Assembly (NCBI GenBank): GCA_963847085.1
Contig: CAWJYO010000004.1
Span: 38,636 to 102,635 of the forward strand
Reading direction: 5' to 3'
DNA length: 64,000 bases
Source of the DNA: an uncultured Chitinophagaceae bacterium
Lineage (GTDB): Bacteria; Bacteroidota; Bacteroidia; Chitinophagales; Chitinophagaceae
Shown here: one piece after another, positions 34,069 to 44,145 of the stretch
How positions within the stretch are numbered: position 1 is the stretch's first letter
Layout of the letters: each line of letters starts with the position of its first letter
Translations under genes and position numbers: made by a program
The notes under the pieces: generated by a model
Database searches by the model: none
Seen by the model: the letters and a program-made list of their open reading frames with translations, nothing else
What the model was told of the DNA's origin: nothing

Positions 34069-34098
34069 CGTTATCTTTCACACTTTAACGTAAGGCGG

Positions 34099-34117
34099 CA
34101 AATCTAAATTACTTTTG
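34099..34117. promoter_or_regulatory. Back-to-back -7 promoter elements for the NtrC-family gene and tatD
   Basis: TAGATTTG on the minus strand (34106-34099) and TACTTTTG on the plus strand (34110-34117), both fit TAnnTTTG. Confidence 0.6.
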
Positions 34118-34149
34118 CTCTTTCCAATTCGTTAAAAAGTAATTAAAGA

Positions 34150-34941
34150 ATGGAATTGACAGATATAAACCCTCAATTCATAGATACTCACTGCCATTTG
34201 TATTCAGATGAATTTACGAACGACAGAAACGATGTTTTTACAAGAAGTGCAACGGCAGGCGTTACAAAATTTTATTTGCCTGCCATAGATTCAGGCACGC
34301 ACGAAGCAATGATAGCACTTGAAAAAAACTTTCCGCAATGCAAAGCCATGATGGGCTTACATCCTTGTTCGGTTGATCAAAATTATCAAAATGAATTGAA
34401 CATAGTAAAAGAATGGCTGAACAAAAGACTGTTTGCAGCCATTGGTGAAATTGGATTGGATTATTACTGGAGCACCGAATATAAAAATGAGCAAAAACAA
34501 ACTTTTAGTTTGCAGATGCAGTGGGCTTTGGAAAGAAATCTGCCCATTGTTATTCATTCAAGAAATGCGATGCAGGAAACTATTGATGCTGTGAAACCGT
34601 TTGCTGACAAAGGTTTGCGCGGCATCTTTCATTGTTTTAGCGGCACAGCAGAAGAAGCGGCTGAAATTGTGGCCATGAATTTTTATTTAGGAATTGGTGG
34701 CGTACTTACTTATAAAAAAAGTGGTTTGCCGGAAGCGTTGCAAGCTATTTCGTTGGAGAATATTGTTTTGGAAACAGATGCGCCTTATCTGTCTCCTGTA
34801 CCCCATCGTGGCAAAAGGAATGAAAGCAGTTACCTGCCTCTCATTGCCCAAAAATTAGCTGAAATCAAACATGTTTCGGTTGAAGAAGTGGCGGTGATAA
34901 CCAGTCGCAATGCAGAAAAAATCTTCAATGCAAATCGTTGA
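34150..34941 (+). CDS. tatD: TatD-family hydrolase
   Basis: IDTHCH, GLHP, IGEIGLDY, VIHSR, FHCFSG and ETDAPYL motifs. Confidence 0.93.
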   Translation: MELTDINPQFIDTHCHLYSDEFTNDRNDVFTRSATAGVTKFYLPAIDSGTHEAMIALEKNFPQCKAMMGLHPCSVDQNYQNELNIVKEWLNKRLFAAIGEIGLDYYWSTEYKNEQKQTFSLQMQWALERNLPIVIHSRNAMQETIDAVKPFADKGLRGIFHCFSGTAEEAAEIVAMNFYLGIGGVLTYKKSGLPEALQAISLENIVLETDAPYLSPVPHRGKRNESSYLPLIAQKLAEIKHVSVEEVAVITSRNAEKIFNANR

Positions 34942-35088
34942 AATATCCCATTGATAATAATGATAAAAACAAATGAGCAGACTTGCCTGATGATTGATGA
35001 TCATCTGTCAACATAAGCGTATCATTATAGCTTATAAACAACTTATTTTTTTCGTGCAAAACCAAATGCTGATAAGCCCTTTGAGTAG

Positions 35089-37338
35089 TTATGGATACAC
35101 CGACATTGGACGATCGTTCATCGCAGCGCCGTAGGACTTATTTGGTTGATTGCCCATTGTAAACTTCAGTGTTCCGCCTTTCATTATATCGTTATACGAA
35201 ATGTATGTTTTGCTGTACGGCTTGCCATTCCATTCCGCTTTTTGAATATAAATGTTTTCGGCACTGTTGTTCATCGCTTCTACTACAAAGGTTTTATTGC
35301 CCGGTAAAGCAATGGAAACTTTGTTGAACAATGGGCTTCCGAAAACAAAAGCGCCGTTGGCAGGAAATGGCGAATACAAACCCATTGAAGACAATACATA
35401 CCATGCCGACATTTGCCCGCAATCGTCATTACCGCTGATGCCATCATCGGGATGGGTGCCGTACAAATTCTTCATAATGTACCGCGCTTTTTCAGCCGTT
35501 TTCCATTGCTGTCCTGCATAAGAATATAGGTAGATGGTATGATGACTTGGCTCATCGCCATGTGCATACTGACCAATGAGACCTGATATGTCCGGCGGTG
35601 CATTCGGGTCGGGTGGGGCAGGTACAACAAAAAGAGAATCTAGTTTGGTTATAAATTTTTCTTCGCCGCCCAGCAATTTTATCAAACCTTCCACATCTTC
35701 GGGAACAAGCCAGAGATATTGCCATGCATTGCCTTCGGTATAATCATCAATATAAGGATGCGAGGAGCGGGCAGGATCGAAAACCGGATTCCAGCTACCA
35801 TCGCTTCTTTTGCTACGCATAAAACCAACTAATGAATCGAAATAAAGCCCATAGTTGTGAAAGCGTTTGGTGAAATATTCATAATCCGATGTGTTGCCTG
35901 CCTTTTTTTCCATCAAAGCAATGCTCCGGTTAGAAATCGCATATTCCAAAGCTTTCGCAACCGATTCTTCCACACTGTCAGATGGTATGGCATTGAATTC
36001 TTTATCGTATTTCAGGCCCGCTTCGTTGCGCATCATTGAAGCTTTTACAGCTTCAAATGCCAACTTCGTATCGAAGCCTCGAAAGCCTTTGTTATAAGCT
36101 TCAGCCACTACCTGCACACTGCTGATGCCGGGCATCGTATTGGTTTCGCAACCCATTAAATGCCATACCGGCAACTTGCCTTGTTGCTGATAAATGGCCA
36201 GCATGGTTTGAACAATATCGTTCACTCTTTCGGGTTCAAATAGCGTGTAGAGTGGATGCAATGCGCGATAGGTATCCCACAACGACAACACCGAATAATT
36301 GTTGAAAGAAGCTTTCCGATATATTTTTTTATCCGCTCCGCGGTAATCGCCGTTGGCATCATTAAACAGGGAAGGATTGATGAGTGTATGATACAAGGCC
36401 GTATAGAATATTTTTTTATCATCGGCGTTACTACCTTCTATTTTTATTTTTGATAGCTCTTTATTCCATTTTGCATCGGCTTTCTTCACTATCTCTTCAA
36501 AGTTCCAGGCTGGTATTTCTGCGGTGATGTTTGCCAGCGCATTATCGGCACTCACGGGAGAGATGCCTACTTTCAAATCAATAATGCCGGATAAATTTGT
36601 AAAACTGATCAAACCCTTGATGGCTTTGGTTTTGCCGCTTTTTCCTGTCAATAAAATGTTATTATCATATACTTTAAAATCGGTTACCGGCTTAGAAATT
36701 TTGATGGCGAAAAACAAGCGCTGGTCATTTGCCCAGCCTTTTGAAAAACGGTACCCTTTGAACGTTGTGGCGTCAGTTTGTTCGATATAAGTATCCGTAG
36801 CGAGATCGCTGATGCCTTCTTTTAAATCAATAATGATGTGTGCTTCGCCTGATGATGGAAAATGATAGCGATGATAAGCAACGCGCTCTGATGCCGTCAG
36901 TTCAACGCTTACTCCGTTAGCCATTTTTACGGAATAATAACCTGGCTTTACCCTTTCTTTTTGGTGGGAGAAACTCGAAGCATAACCGGAAGATGTATTT
37001 CCCTCCGAGCCTTTGTCGGTTTTGGTTTTGCCTATATAAGGCATAATCAGCACATCACCCAAATCGCCGATGCCTGTACCGTTGAGATGCGTTTGTGCAA
37101 AGCCAATAATGGTACTGTCGGAGTAATGATAGCCTGAACACCAGTCCCATCCTTTAAAAAAGTTATTCGGTCCTGCCTGCACTGCGCCCAATGGCACGGA
37201 AGCGCCAACAAACACATGACCATGACCACCGGAACCAATATACGGATCTACAAAAGATGCGGGTGACTGCGCATGAAGGCTGTAAGTAAAAAAAAGCGCA
37301 ACAGGAAGCAAATATTTGTAAGAGTTGTTTATAATCAT
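35089..37338 (-). CDS. GH92 alpha-mannosidase
   Basis: SLWDTYR, YTEGNAWQY, GQYAHGDEPSHH and GNDDCGQMSAWY motifs. Confidence 0.92.
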   Translation of the reverse strand: MIINNSYKYLLPVALFFTYSLHAQSPASFVDPYIGSGGHGHVFVGASVPLGAVQAGPNNFFKGWDWCSGYHYSDSTIIGFAQTHLNGTGIGDLGDVLIMPYIGKTKTDKGSEGNTSSGYASSFSHQKERVKPGYYSVKMANGVSVELTASERVAYHRYHFPSSGEAHIIIDLKEGISDLATDTYIEQTDATTFKGYRFSKGWANDQRLFFAIKISKPVTDFKVYDNNILLTGKSGKTKAIKGLISFTNLSGIIDLKVGISPVSADNALANITAEIPAWNFEEIVKKADAKWNKELSKIKIEGSNADDKKIFYTALYHTLINPSLFNDANGDYRGADKKIYRKASFNNYSVLSLWDTYRALHPLYTLFEPERVNDIVQTMLAIYQQQGKLPVWHLMGCETNTMPGISSVQVVAEAYNKGFRGFDTKLAFEAVKASMMRNEAGLKYDKEFNAIPSDSVEESVAKALEYAISNRSIALMEKKAGNTSDYEYFTKRFHNYGLYFDSLVGFMRSKRSDGSWNPVFDPARSSHPYIDDYTEGNAWQYLWLVPEDVEGLIKLLGGEEKFITKLDSLFVVPAPPDPNAPPDISGLIGQYAHGDEPSHHTIYLYSYAGQQWKTAEKARYIMKNLYGTHPDDGISGNDDCGQMSAWYVLSSMGLYSPFPANGAFVFGSPLFNKVSIALPGNKTFVVEAMNNSAENIYIQKAEWNGKPYSKTYISYNDIMKGGTLKFTMGNQPNKSYGAAMNDRPMSVYP

Positions 37339-37429
37339 TAAGCGGTTGTTATTATAATTTCATTAGTCAAATGATATAAGGGAACAAGGTATCTCTTCTT
37401 CTGTAACAATTGCTAATACTTGGTTTCAA

Positions 37430-39586
37430 CTATTTTACTGTAAATGTTTTTTGCAATACATACTCATTTGCATTCTTAGCAATGCACACTTTATATGTGC
37501 CTTTGTAAAGCACAAACTGATGTTTGTTTTTATCCCATTTCTGCAATTCATTCAATGGTATAGATAAAGCGACTTCTGTTGTAGCGCCTTTGGAAATAAA
37601 CACTTTTTTAAAAGCTTTTAGTTCCTTTACGGGCATTCCTTCCATCGATGGATATTCGATGTAAGTCTGTACTACTTCTTCGCCATCCATGTTTCCTGTA
37701 TTCTGTAGCTGAACAGAAAATCGCGCTGTATCATTCAGCTTATAAGTAGCCGATGGTTCTTTTTGCCAGCTATAAGTAAATGTGGTATAACTCAAGCCAA
37801 AACCAAATGGGTATTGCACCGGCTTGGTAAAATAGCGATACGTTCTGCCTTGCAGGTTATAGTTTTTATAATCCGGCAAATCGCTTAACGATTTGTAAAA
37901 CGTAACCGGCAATCTTCCTGATGGAGATACAGCGCCAAAGAGAATATCAGCCAATGCGTTGCCGCCTTCTTCGCCCGGATACCAGGCAAGCACGATGGCG
38001 TCGGCATAAGGCTCGATAGAAGAAATATCAACGTCGCTGCCTGCGCATACTACGGCAACAATCGGCTTCTTACTCGCAGCTCTTAATTTCTGCAAAAACA
38101 AAACGTGAGGTCGAGGCAGTTGCAAGCTACTTCTGTCGCCGCCCGATAAGGATAAAAAAGCATCGCCTTCTTCCCCTTCCAGCACCGGTGTTAAGCCAAT
38201 CACAGCAATGGTAATGTCGCTGTTTTGAGATGCCCAGATGCCACCGAAATGCGTTGTATCGGTGTAGTCGCTTCCCTGGTCATAATTCACTGCAATGCCT
38301 GGCCCGGCGGCTTTGGCAATGCCTTCAGCAAACGTAATCATGTTGGAGCTTAAGCCATGATAATTGGCATATAAAGCTTCAACGGAAGCAGCATTCGCAC
38401 CGGTTACCAGCATGGAAGCATATTTGTTTTTTTGAAGCGGAAGCACACCATCGTTTTTCAATAATACCATGCTTTGTTCTGCCATCTTTTTTGCGAGTGA
38501 CCTGTGATAATTGTTGCCAACACTATCGGCTCCATAACCATCATACGGATTGTGCGCCGCACTATCGAACATGCCGAGTTGCATCTGTAAATGCAAATCA
38601 CCGCTAAGTGCGCTGTCTATATCTTTTTCAGTCAATAATTTTTTGTTGATCGCCTCCATTACATCTTCTTGCAGTATAGTTCCACATTCTAAGTTTACGC
38701 CTGCTTTTATGGCTGCTGCCGCCAGTTCTTCTTTGTTGGTAATTACTTTGTGCCCGCTCATAATATCGTTCAGTGCGCCGCAATCTGTAACAAACTGACC
38801 CTTAAAATTCCATTCATTTCTCAATATTGTTTTAGCAAGATTAGGACCTGTGCAGCAAGGCTCTCCGTTTACGCGGTTGTAGGCACACATCACTGAAGCC
38901 ACGCCTGCATTTACCAGTTTATGAAAAGCGTAGAGATAGGTTTCGCGCAGGTCTTTTTCGCCAATAATGGCGTTAAAGCTGTGCCGCTCAGCTTCTGGTC
39001 CGCTATGCACCGCAAAGTGCTTGGCGCAGGCAGCAGTTTTTAAATAATTTGGATCATTGCCCTGCAAACCTTTTACATAAGCAGTGCCCATGGTAGCGGT
39101 TAAAAACGGGTCTTCGCCATACGTTTCCTGCCCGCGTCCCCAGCGTGGATCGCGGAAGATATTGATATTGGGAGACCAGAATGTTAAACCCATATACCAG
39201 GTGTGATGCCCTTGTGCAATGGATAAATTATACTTTGCTCTTGCCTCAGTAGATACCGCATCGCCAACAGCTTTCAACAGTGAATCGTTGAACGAAGCCG
39301 CCATGCCGATGGCTTGCGGAAACACGGTAGCTTCACCTGCGCGTGCCACGCCATGCAAACCTTCATTCCACCAGTTGTACTCGGGTATGTTCAGCCGCCG
39401 GATAGCAGGACTGGCATTGCCCAATAAGCTTATCTTTTCCTCTAACGTAAGCCGTTGCAACAAGTCGGTTACGCGTTGATTGATGGGTACATTGCTGTTT
39501 CTGAATGAGGCAGATGGCTGCGAATAAACACAGAAGCAAAGACTTGTTAAACAAAGAATGAAAAAGAAGAGTAAGATGTTTTTCAT
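37430..39586 (-). CDS. GH3 beta-xylosidase/beta-glucosidase
   Basis: WNEGLHGV, RDPRWGRGQETYGED, KHFAVH, VTDCGA and a Fn3-like C-terminus; ATG at 39586 chosen. Confidence 0.9.
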   Translation of the reverse strand: MKNILLFFFILCLTSLCFCVYSQPSASFRNSNVPINQRVTDLLQRLTLEEKISLLGNASPAIRRLNIPEYNWWNEGLHGVARAGEATVFPQAIGMAASFNDSLLKAVGDAVSTEARAKYNLSIAQGHHTWYMGLTFWSPNINIFRDPRWGRGQETYGEDPFLTATMGTAYVKGLQGNDPNYLKTAACAKHFAVHSGPEAERHSFNAIIGEKDLRETYLYAFHKLVNAGVASVMCAYNRVNGEPCCTGPNLAKTILRNEWNFKGQFVTDCGALNDIMSGHKVITNKEELAAAAIKAGVNLECGTILQEDVMEAINKKLLTEKDIDSALSGDLHLQMQLGMFDSAAHNPYDGYGADSVGNNYHRSLAKKMAEQSMVLLKNDGVLPLQKNKYASMLVTGANAASVEALYANYHGLSSNMITFAEGIAKAAGPGIAVNYDQGSDYTDTTHFGGIWASQNSDITIAVIGLTPVLEGEEGDAFLSLSGGDRSSLQLPRPHVLFLQKLRAASKKPIVAVVCAGSDVDISSIEPYADAIVLAWYPGEEGGNALADILFGAVSPSGRLPVTFYKSLSDLPDYKNYNLQGRTYRYFTKPVQYPFGFGLSYTTFTYSWQKEPSATYKLNDTARFSVQLQNTGNMDGEEVVQTYIEYPSMEGMPVKELKAFKKVFISKGATTEVALSIPLNELQKWDKNKHQFVLYKGTYKVCIAKNANEYVLQKTFTVK

Positions 39587-39859
39587 GGCGTGAAAATAAG
39601 CATTTGAAAATCTTATCTTTTCGGTTTGAGGTAAAGCGAGATAAGGTTTTTTATAATCCATGATACATAAGATTGTAATCATTTGGAAAAATTATTATTT
39701 TTCGAATGATGATGTCCAATAAGAAAGCAATGGCTAATTGTTCAGAAAGCCTGTATATTATTTTTGATGTCCCAGGTAGAAGTTGTAATGAATAGCAGAA
39801 AAAATTTCAGCGCTAATGGTTGAAATAGTTACTTTGCACCGCTTGTGAAAAAGTTATAA

Positions 39860-39946
39860 GGAGACGTGTCCGAGTGGTTGAAGGAGCACGCCTGGAAAGT
39901 GTGTATACGGGAAACTGTATCGCGAGTTCGAATCTCGCCGTCTCCG
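39860..39946 (+). tRNA. tRNA-Ser(GGA)
   Basis: GGAGACG/CGTCTCC acceptor stem, CACGC-CTGGAAA-GTGTG anticodon arm, long variable arm, GTTCGAATC T-loop. Confidence 0.95.
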
Positions 39947-39978
39947 CTGAAAACGATTGTTTTATCTAAAAAAGAGGC

Positions 39979-40014
39979 AAAAAGCTTGTAAATTCTCAAA
40001 ATTACAGGCTTTTT
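39979..40014 (+). terminator. Hairpin/terminator downstream of tRNA-Ser
   Basis: AAAAAGCTTGTAA...TTACAGGCTTTTT inverted repeat. Confidence 0.55.
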
Positions 40015-40206
40015 TCATGCTTTCCTGCCTTCACTTTACCCTATTTTTCACCCCTTTTTGTGGAGTAATTCGTGTAGTACTTTCATTCACTTTACCTATA
40101 CTCCACTAAACCGCTACAACTCACTATCTATTAACACTTTGTAAGAACCCAACTATTTTTTGACCCTGTTATGAAGCTTATTTTCATGGCAGAAAAACAG
40201 TGTTTT

Positions 40207-41436
40207 ATGGACAGAAGTTTTGGGTTGTTTTTTTATCTCAAAAAAGGTAAAGGTTATTCATCCGGAGAGGTGCCCATTTATGTGAGAATAACAATCAATG
40301 GTTACTCATTTGAAATAAGTGCTAAACGCAAATGCTTGGCCTCTCGCTGGACGCAAGCCGCCGGACGAATGAGCGGCAAAGGAGATGAAGTAAAAGCTTT
40401 TAATGCTTACTTGGATACGTTGCAGCAGAAAGTATTTGAAGCCAAGCGCAAACTGCTGGAGTTGGACAAGCCTTTAACTCCCGACAACATGAAAACGATT
40501 CTTTTCAAAAAAGAAACCGTTGTAAAGCGTATGATTCTTCAAATTTTTGCGCATCACAATGAACAGATGGCAAGCCCTTGTTCCGCAAGAATATGCACCC
40601 GGCACTTTGGAACGCTTTCAAACGTCTTTGAAACATACAAGAGATTTTATTCGAGTGGAAATACAAGAAGGAAGACAAGGAACTGAATGAATTGAACTAT
40701 GAGTTTATTGATGACTATTGTTTCTGGCTTAAAAGTGTGAGAAAGTGCGGGCATAATACAACCATGAAGTACTTAAGCAATTTTAGAAAGATCGTCAACA
40801 AGTGCATCCGAAATGGTTGGCTGATGAGAGACCCGTTTGTTGGCTTCAACATGGCAAAACGGGAAGTTGACAGAACCGCCCTTACAGAATTGGAATTAAA
40901 AGCGATAGCGCAAAAATCGTTCGCCATCCGGCGATTGGAAGTTGTGAGAGATATTTTTCTTTTTAGCTGCTATTCAGGTCTTGCTTATGCAGATGTTGAA
41001 AAGCTAAAACGTTCTGAAATTACTACAGGCGTTGATGGTATGTTATGGGTATTAAGCCGGAGACAAAAAACAGATGCTCCTTCCCGCGTTCCGCTTCTGC
41101 CTCTTGCACTCAATATCATCAACAAATATAAAGACGATGAAGAATGCAAAAGGAAAGGATTGGTTTTGCCCATTCTTTCCAATCAAAAGATGAATGCTTA
41201 CTTAAAAGAGATTGCTGATTTATGCGGCATTCAAAAGACACTTACTTATCATATCGCCCGGCATACATTTGCCACCACCGTTACGTTAAGCAATGGCGTG
41301 CCTATTGAAACCGTGTCTAAAATGCTTGGGTCATCGGAGCTTGCGAACCACACAGCATTATGCGAAAATTCTTGACCATAAAATCAGCCAGGATATGCAA
41401 CACCTTTATCAAAAGTATAAAACGGACGATCAATGA
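40207..41436 (+). CDS. Tyrosine integrase, Bacteroidota IntDOT-like (frameshifted in this assembly)
   Basis: Arm-binding N-terminus (PIYVRITING), FSCYSGLAYADV, LSNQKMNAYLKEI, HIARHTFATT and, in a shifted frame, HRSLRTTQHYA; directly after tRNA-Ser. Confidence 0.9.
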
Positions 41437-41524
41437 ATTTAAATAGTGCACTACTAACGGAGATAATAGTTTGAGTTCCTCCTGCGAAATTGCCGCTTGC
41501 GTATCTTTTGAATGATTAAACTAT

Positions 41525-42337
41525 ATGGAAGTAAATTGCAATAAAATACTCACGTATCTAATCCCATATACCTTATCTTTTCAATTAATCCTTTATTTTT
41601 ATGGAAATGATTATGTGATGAAAGAAATGATGCAAAGGGTTCAATCATTTGTGACGTTTGAGCTTCCCATAGAAAAGAATTACATCAGTGAGCAGTTTAC
41701 TCACATCCATACTTCAAAGCAGGAAAACTACACGCATTGGAGTACTGCAGCAACTTATCAAAAGGTTATCGCTAACTACTGGTTTAATGATGTTATCAGG
41801 CATTTTATACTTCTACTTGGAATTGCTGTTTTACCAACTCTTTTGTTTCATCCGGTTTTCATTTCATCTGAATTGCTGGCTGTCTTATCGGGTGGAATAT
41901 TTTACTTCGTTGTCATGTACTTCTTCATTTACCGACCCTGCTTTTGCATTAGCTTTTTACCCCATCTTGAAACCATCAGGGAAACGTATGAACGAAGGCA
42001 AACAGAGCAGTTCGAAAAATGTAAACAGGCGCAGTTATCTAACTTTGCTTTGGTACTCATTCACTTTGTATTTACTAGTACGAGTCAAGTGCCGTCACTG
42101 CCTTGCAACGATAGAACAGCAGGGCTGCTCACCAAGCTTTATGGTGTTGATGCAGGCAGCATGAAGAAAGAATTTAGAACTTATTCTTGTGGCAAGCAAA
42201 CGGAAACACTTAACCGAAGGAAAAGAACAGAGTTGAAGAATCGCTTTAATGAAGCGTATGATTTTTTAGAGCAAATTGGCTTTCCACAAGGAGTTACGAG
42301 ATTGAAAGAGTTGGAAATGAAATTCTTTACTCTTTGA
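41525..42337 (+). CDS. hypothetical membrane protein next to the integrase
   Basis: 270-aa ORF with two TM helices. Confidence 0.6.
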   Translation: MEVNCNKILTYLIPYTLSFQLILYFYGNDYVMKEMMQRVQSFVTFELPIEKNYISEQFTHIHTSKQENYTHWSTAATYQKVIANYWFNDVIRHFILLLGIAVLPTLLFHPVFISSELLAVLSGGIFYFVVMYFFIYRPCFCISFLPHLETIRETYERRQTEQFEKCKQAQLSNFALVLIHFVFTSTSQVPSLPCNDRTAGLLTKLYGVDAGSMKKEFRTYSCGKQTETLNRRKRTELKNRFNEAYDFLEQIGFPQGVTRLKELEMKFFTL

Positions 42338-42405
42338 TATAAGCTCTTCCAGATGCAATACTGGTAGTATTGAATACTTATTAAAATAAAGCAGTAACAC
42401 TTAAA

Positions 42406-42585
42406 TTACTTGTGGTACTTTTTAACTTCAGGCAGTTTTACTCCTTTCAGCTTTTCTTCTGCCAAAGCCAATTTTTTAGGAAACAATACTTTTCCTTCGT
42501 ATTTATTCAAGGCAGGGTCAATAGCCACAATTGGAACTTTACTTTTGTTAAGTTGTTCTATTTTCTTTTCTACTTCAGTTTTCAT
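42406..42585 (-). CDS. small basic protein (59 aa; absent from ORF track)
   Basis: MKTEVEKKIEQLNKSKVPIVAIDPALNKYEGKVLFPKKLALAEEKLKGVKLPEVKKYHK, starting 9 bp after the DUF6934 stop. Confidence 0.65.
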   Translation of the reverse strand: MKTEVEKKIEQLNKSKVPIVAIDPALNKYEGKVLFPKKLALAEEKLKGVKLPEVKKYHK

Positions 42586-42594
42586 AATTGCAAG

Positions 42595-43041
42595 TTACTT
42601 AAATTTTCTTTGGACTACAAAACCTTCATATTCTACTCCTATTTCAAAAGGAAATAGCTTATCGCCAATTTGTCCATACAAATAAAAATCGTTTTGTGCC
42701 TCATCATAAAACTTGGTGATTCCCATTCTGTAAAGTCTTGTTCTGGCTGGTGTGCTGCCTGTTGCGTAAACAATAGCTTCTGGTTTCTTGTCAAAGAATA
42801 TATATAGCGCAGCTACAACGGTTCCGAGCACCTTTTGAGTGTCGCCATTATTGCTAATTGCTAAGTCATCAATTTCTTTGGTCTCGGAATGTTTATCACC
42901 AAAAGCAAGATTATAAAGTCCCGAAGTAGAAGTAGCTTGAAATTCTATTACTTTTCTGATTGCACCTTTTGAACCGATGCTAACAAATTCAAAATGGGTA
43001 AGGGTTTTATTTGATGTAAGATGATACTTTGCAACGTTCAT
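42595..43041 (-). CDS. DUF6934-like protein
   Basis: FEFVSIGSKG, YNLAFGD, SNNGDTQKVLGTV and GSTPARTRLY motifs (family recognised from memory). Confidence 0.7.
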   Translation of the reverse strand: MNVAKYHLTSNKTLTHFEFVSIGSKGAIRKVIEFQATSTSGLYNLAFGDKHSETKEIDDLAISNNGDTQKVLGTVVAALYIFFDKKPEAIVYATGSTPARTRLYRMGITKFYDEAQNDFYLYGQIGDKLFPFEIGVEYEGFVVQRKFK

Positions 43042-43513
43042 TCTATCTCAATATCGGCGTGAAGATAACATTATATGATTCATTGAATACTTAGAGTGTC
43101 TCTCCTTTGTTGCATTTTAAGCTGCCAATTAGACGCTGAAAAAGCTATACTTTTTTGAATTATTCCTTTATTATTTTCATATAGATATTCGATTAGACTT
43201 TGAAAAAGATGAGCAAAGTCGAATGAACATGACACTTAATTTATCTCTTTGTTACTGTATAAGAACAATAATTTTATACAATTAAAAAAGGCGACTTGTT
43301 CGTCTTCGAATGTTTTGAAACGAAATAATCTTCATTATGGTTGCTTTCTTACAAAAGCAATAAATAATTTTTCCAAATGTAAGCTGTTATACAAAAAATA
43401 GCTATGTTAGCCAACGATAGCCAAACTATTTGAATAAACCTTGCCTTGCTTTATGAAGGAACCTTAAAGAAGCCTTACTTGAACTTTAAATTTTATCAAA
43501 CAGAACTACCATT

Positions 43514-43594
43514 AAATAAAACAACCCTCATCTTTTTAAGGTGAGGGCTATCTTAAAAGTTCACTACGGAATAATCCTTATTGTGATTTGCTGA
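43514..43594 (-). ncRNA. tracrRNA of a type II-C CRISPR system
   Basis: Anti-repeat AGCAAATCACAAT (43592-43580) pairs with repeat 5' GTTGTGATTTGCT, followed by AAGGATTATTCCG nexus-like stem, GCCCTCACCTT/AAGATGAGGGT hairpin and a U-rich tail; divergent from cas9. Confidence 0.8.
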
Positions 43595-43630
43595 CGCGAA
43601 TATAATATACAAACTAAAACAAACAACTTT

Positions 43631-43975
43631 ATGAGCGTAAAACTTGGACTTGACATTGGAACTAATTCTATTGGATGGGCTTTGGTAGAAAATGATGTTG
43701 AGAAACATACTGGAAAAATTATAGGTATGGGCAGCCGCATCATTCCTATGGATGGGGATGCTTTGAGTAAATTTGAAAGTGGCAACCCGGTATCCAATGC
43801 AGCCAACAGAAGAGGGGCAAGAAGCGCCAGACGATTGCTACAGCGTTATAAACTTCGGAGAGGGCGGCTAATAAAAGCTTTAAAAATCATTGGCTGGCTG
43901 CCGCACACTTTTCCTGATACATTTATGGATGTTGAAAGCAAATCACAACCAACGTGTGTTGGTGAAGATGTCTAA
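43631..43975 (+). pseudogene. cas9: cas9 5' stub (RuvC-I and bridge helix) fused into the CRISPR array
   Basis: LGLDIGTNSIGWALV and AANRRGARSARRLLQRYKLRRGRL; the Cas9-like sequence stops at ~43930 and the frame runs through a half repeat to TAA in spacer 1. Confidence 0.9.
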
Positions 43976-44145
43976 AAGATGCAAAAGAACTAAAGTTGAA
44001 AGCAAATCACAACTACGGAATGTTGCACCTTTCCCTTGAAATGGATGCAAAAGAACTAAAGTTGAAAGCAAATCACAACCATGTTCGCTGTACATCGCGC
44101 AGTTCTTGTGATGCAAAAGAACTAAAGTTGAAAGCAAATCACAGC
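43931..44145 (-). CRISPR. Type II-C mini array: one half repeat, three full 36-bp repeats, three spacers
   Basis: GATGCAAAAGAACTAAAGTTGAAAGCAAATCACAAC at 43978, 44044 and 44110 (last ends ...ACAGC), half repeat at 43931-43949; spacers of 28, 30 and 30 bp; orientation inferred from tracrRNA pairing. Confidence 0.92.

Noticed and set aside
43042-43513. Intergenic stretch upstream of the tracrRNA terminator as a second array or long tracrRNA
   Set aside because: No repeats or repeat complementarity found.
43631-43975. A new miniature RNA-guided nuclease (IscB-like or tiny Cas9)
   Set aside because: Only RuvC-I and the bridge helix are present, with no HNH, RuvC-II/III or PLMP domain, and the last 14 codons derive from repeat and spacer DNA, so it cannot be a nuclease by itself.
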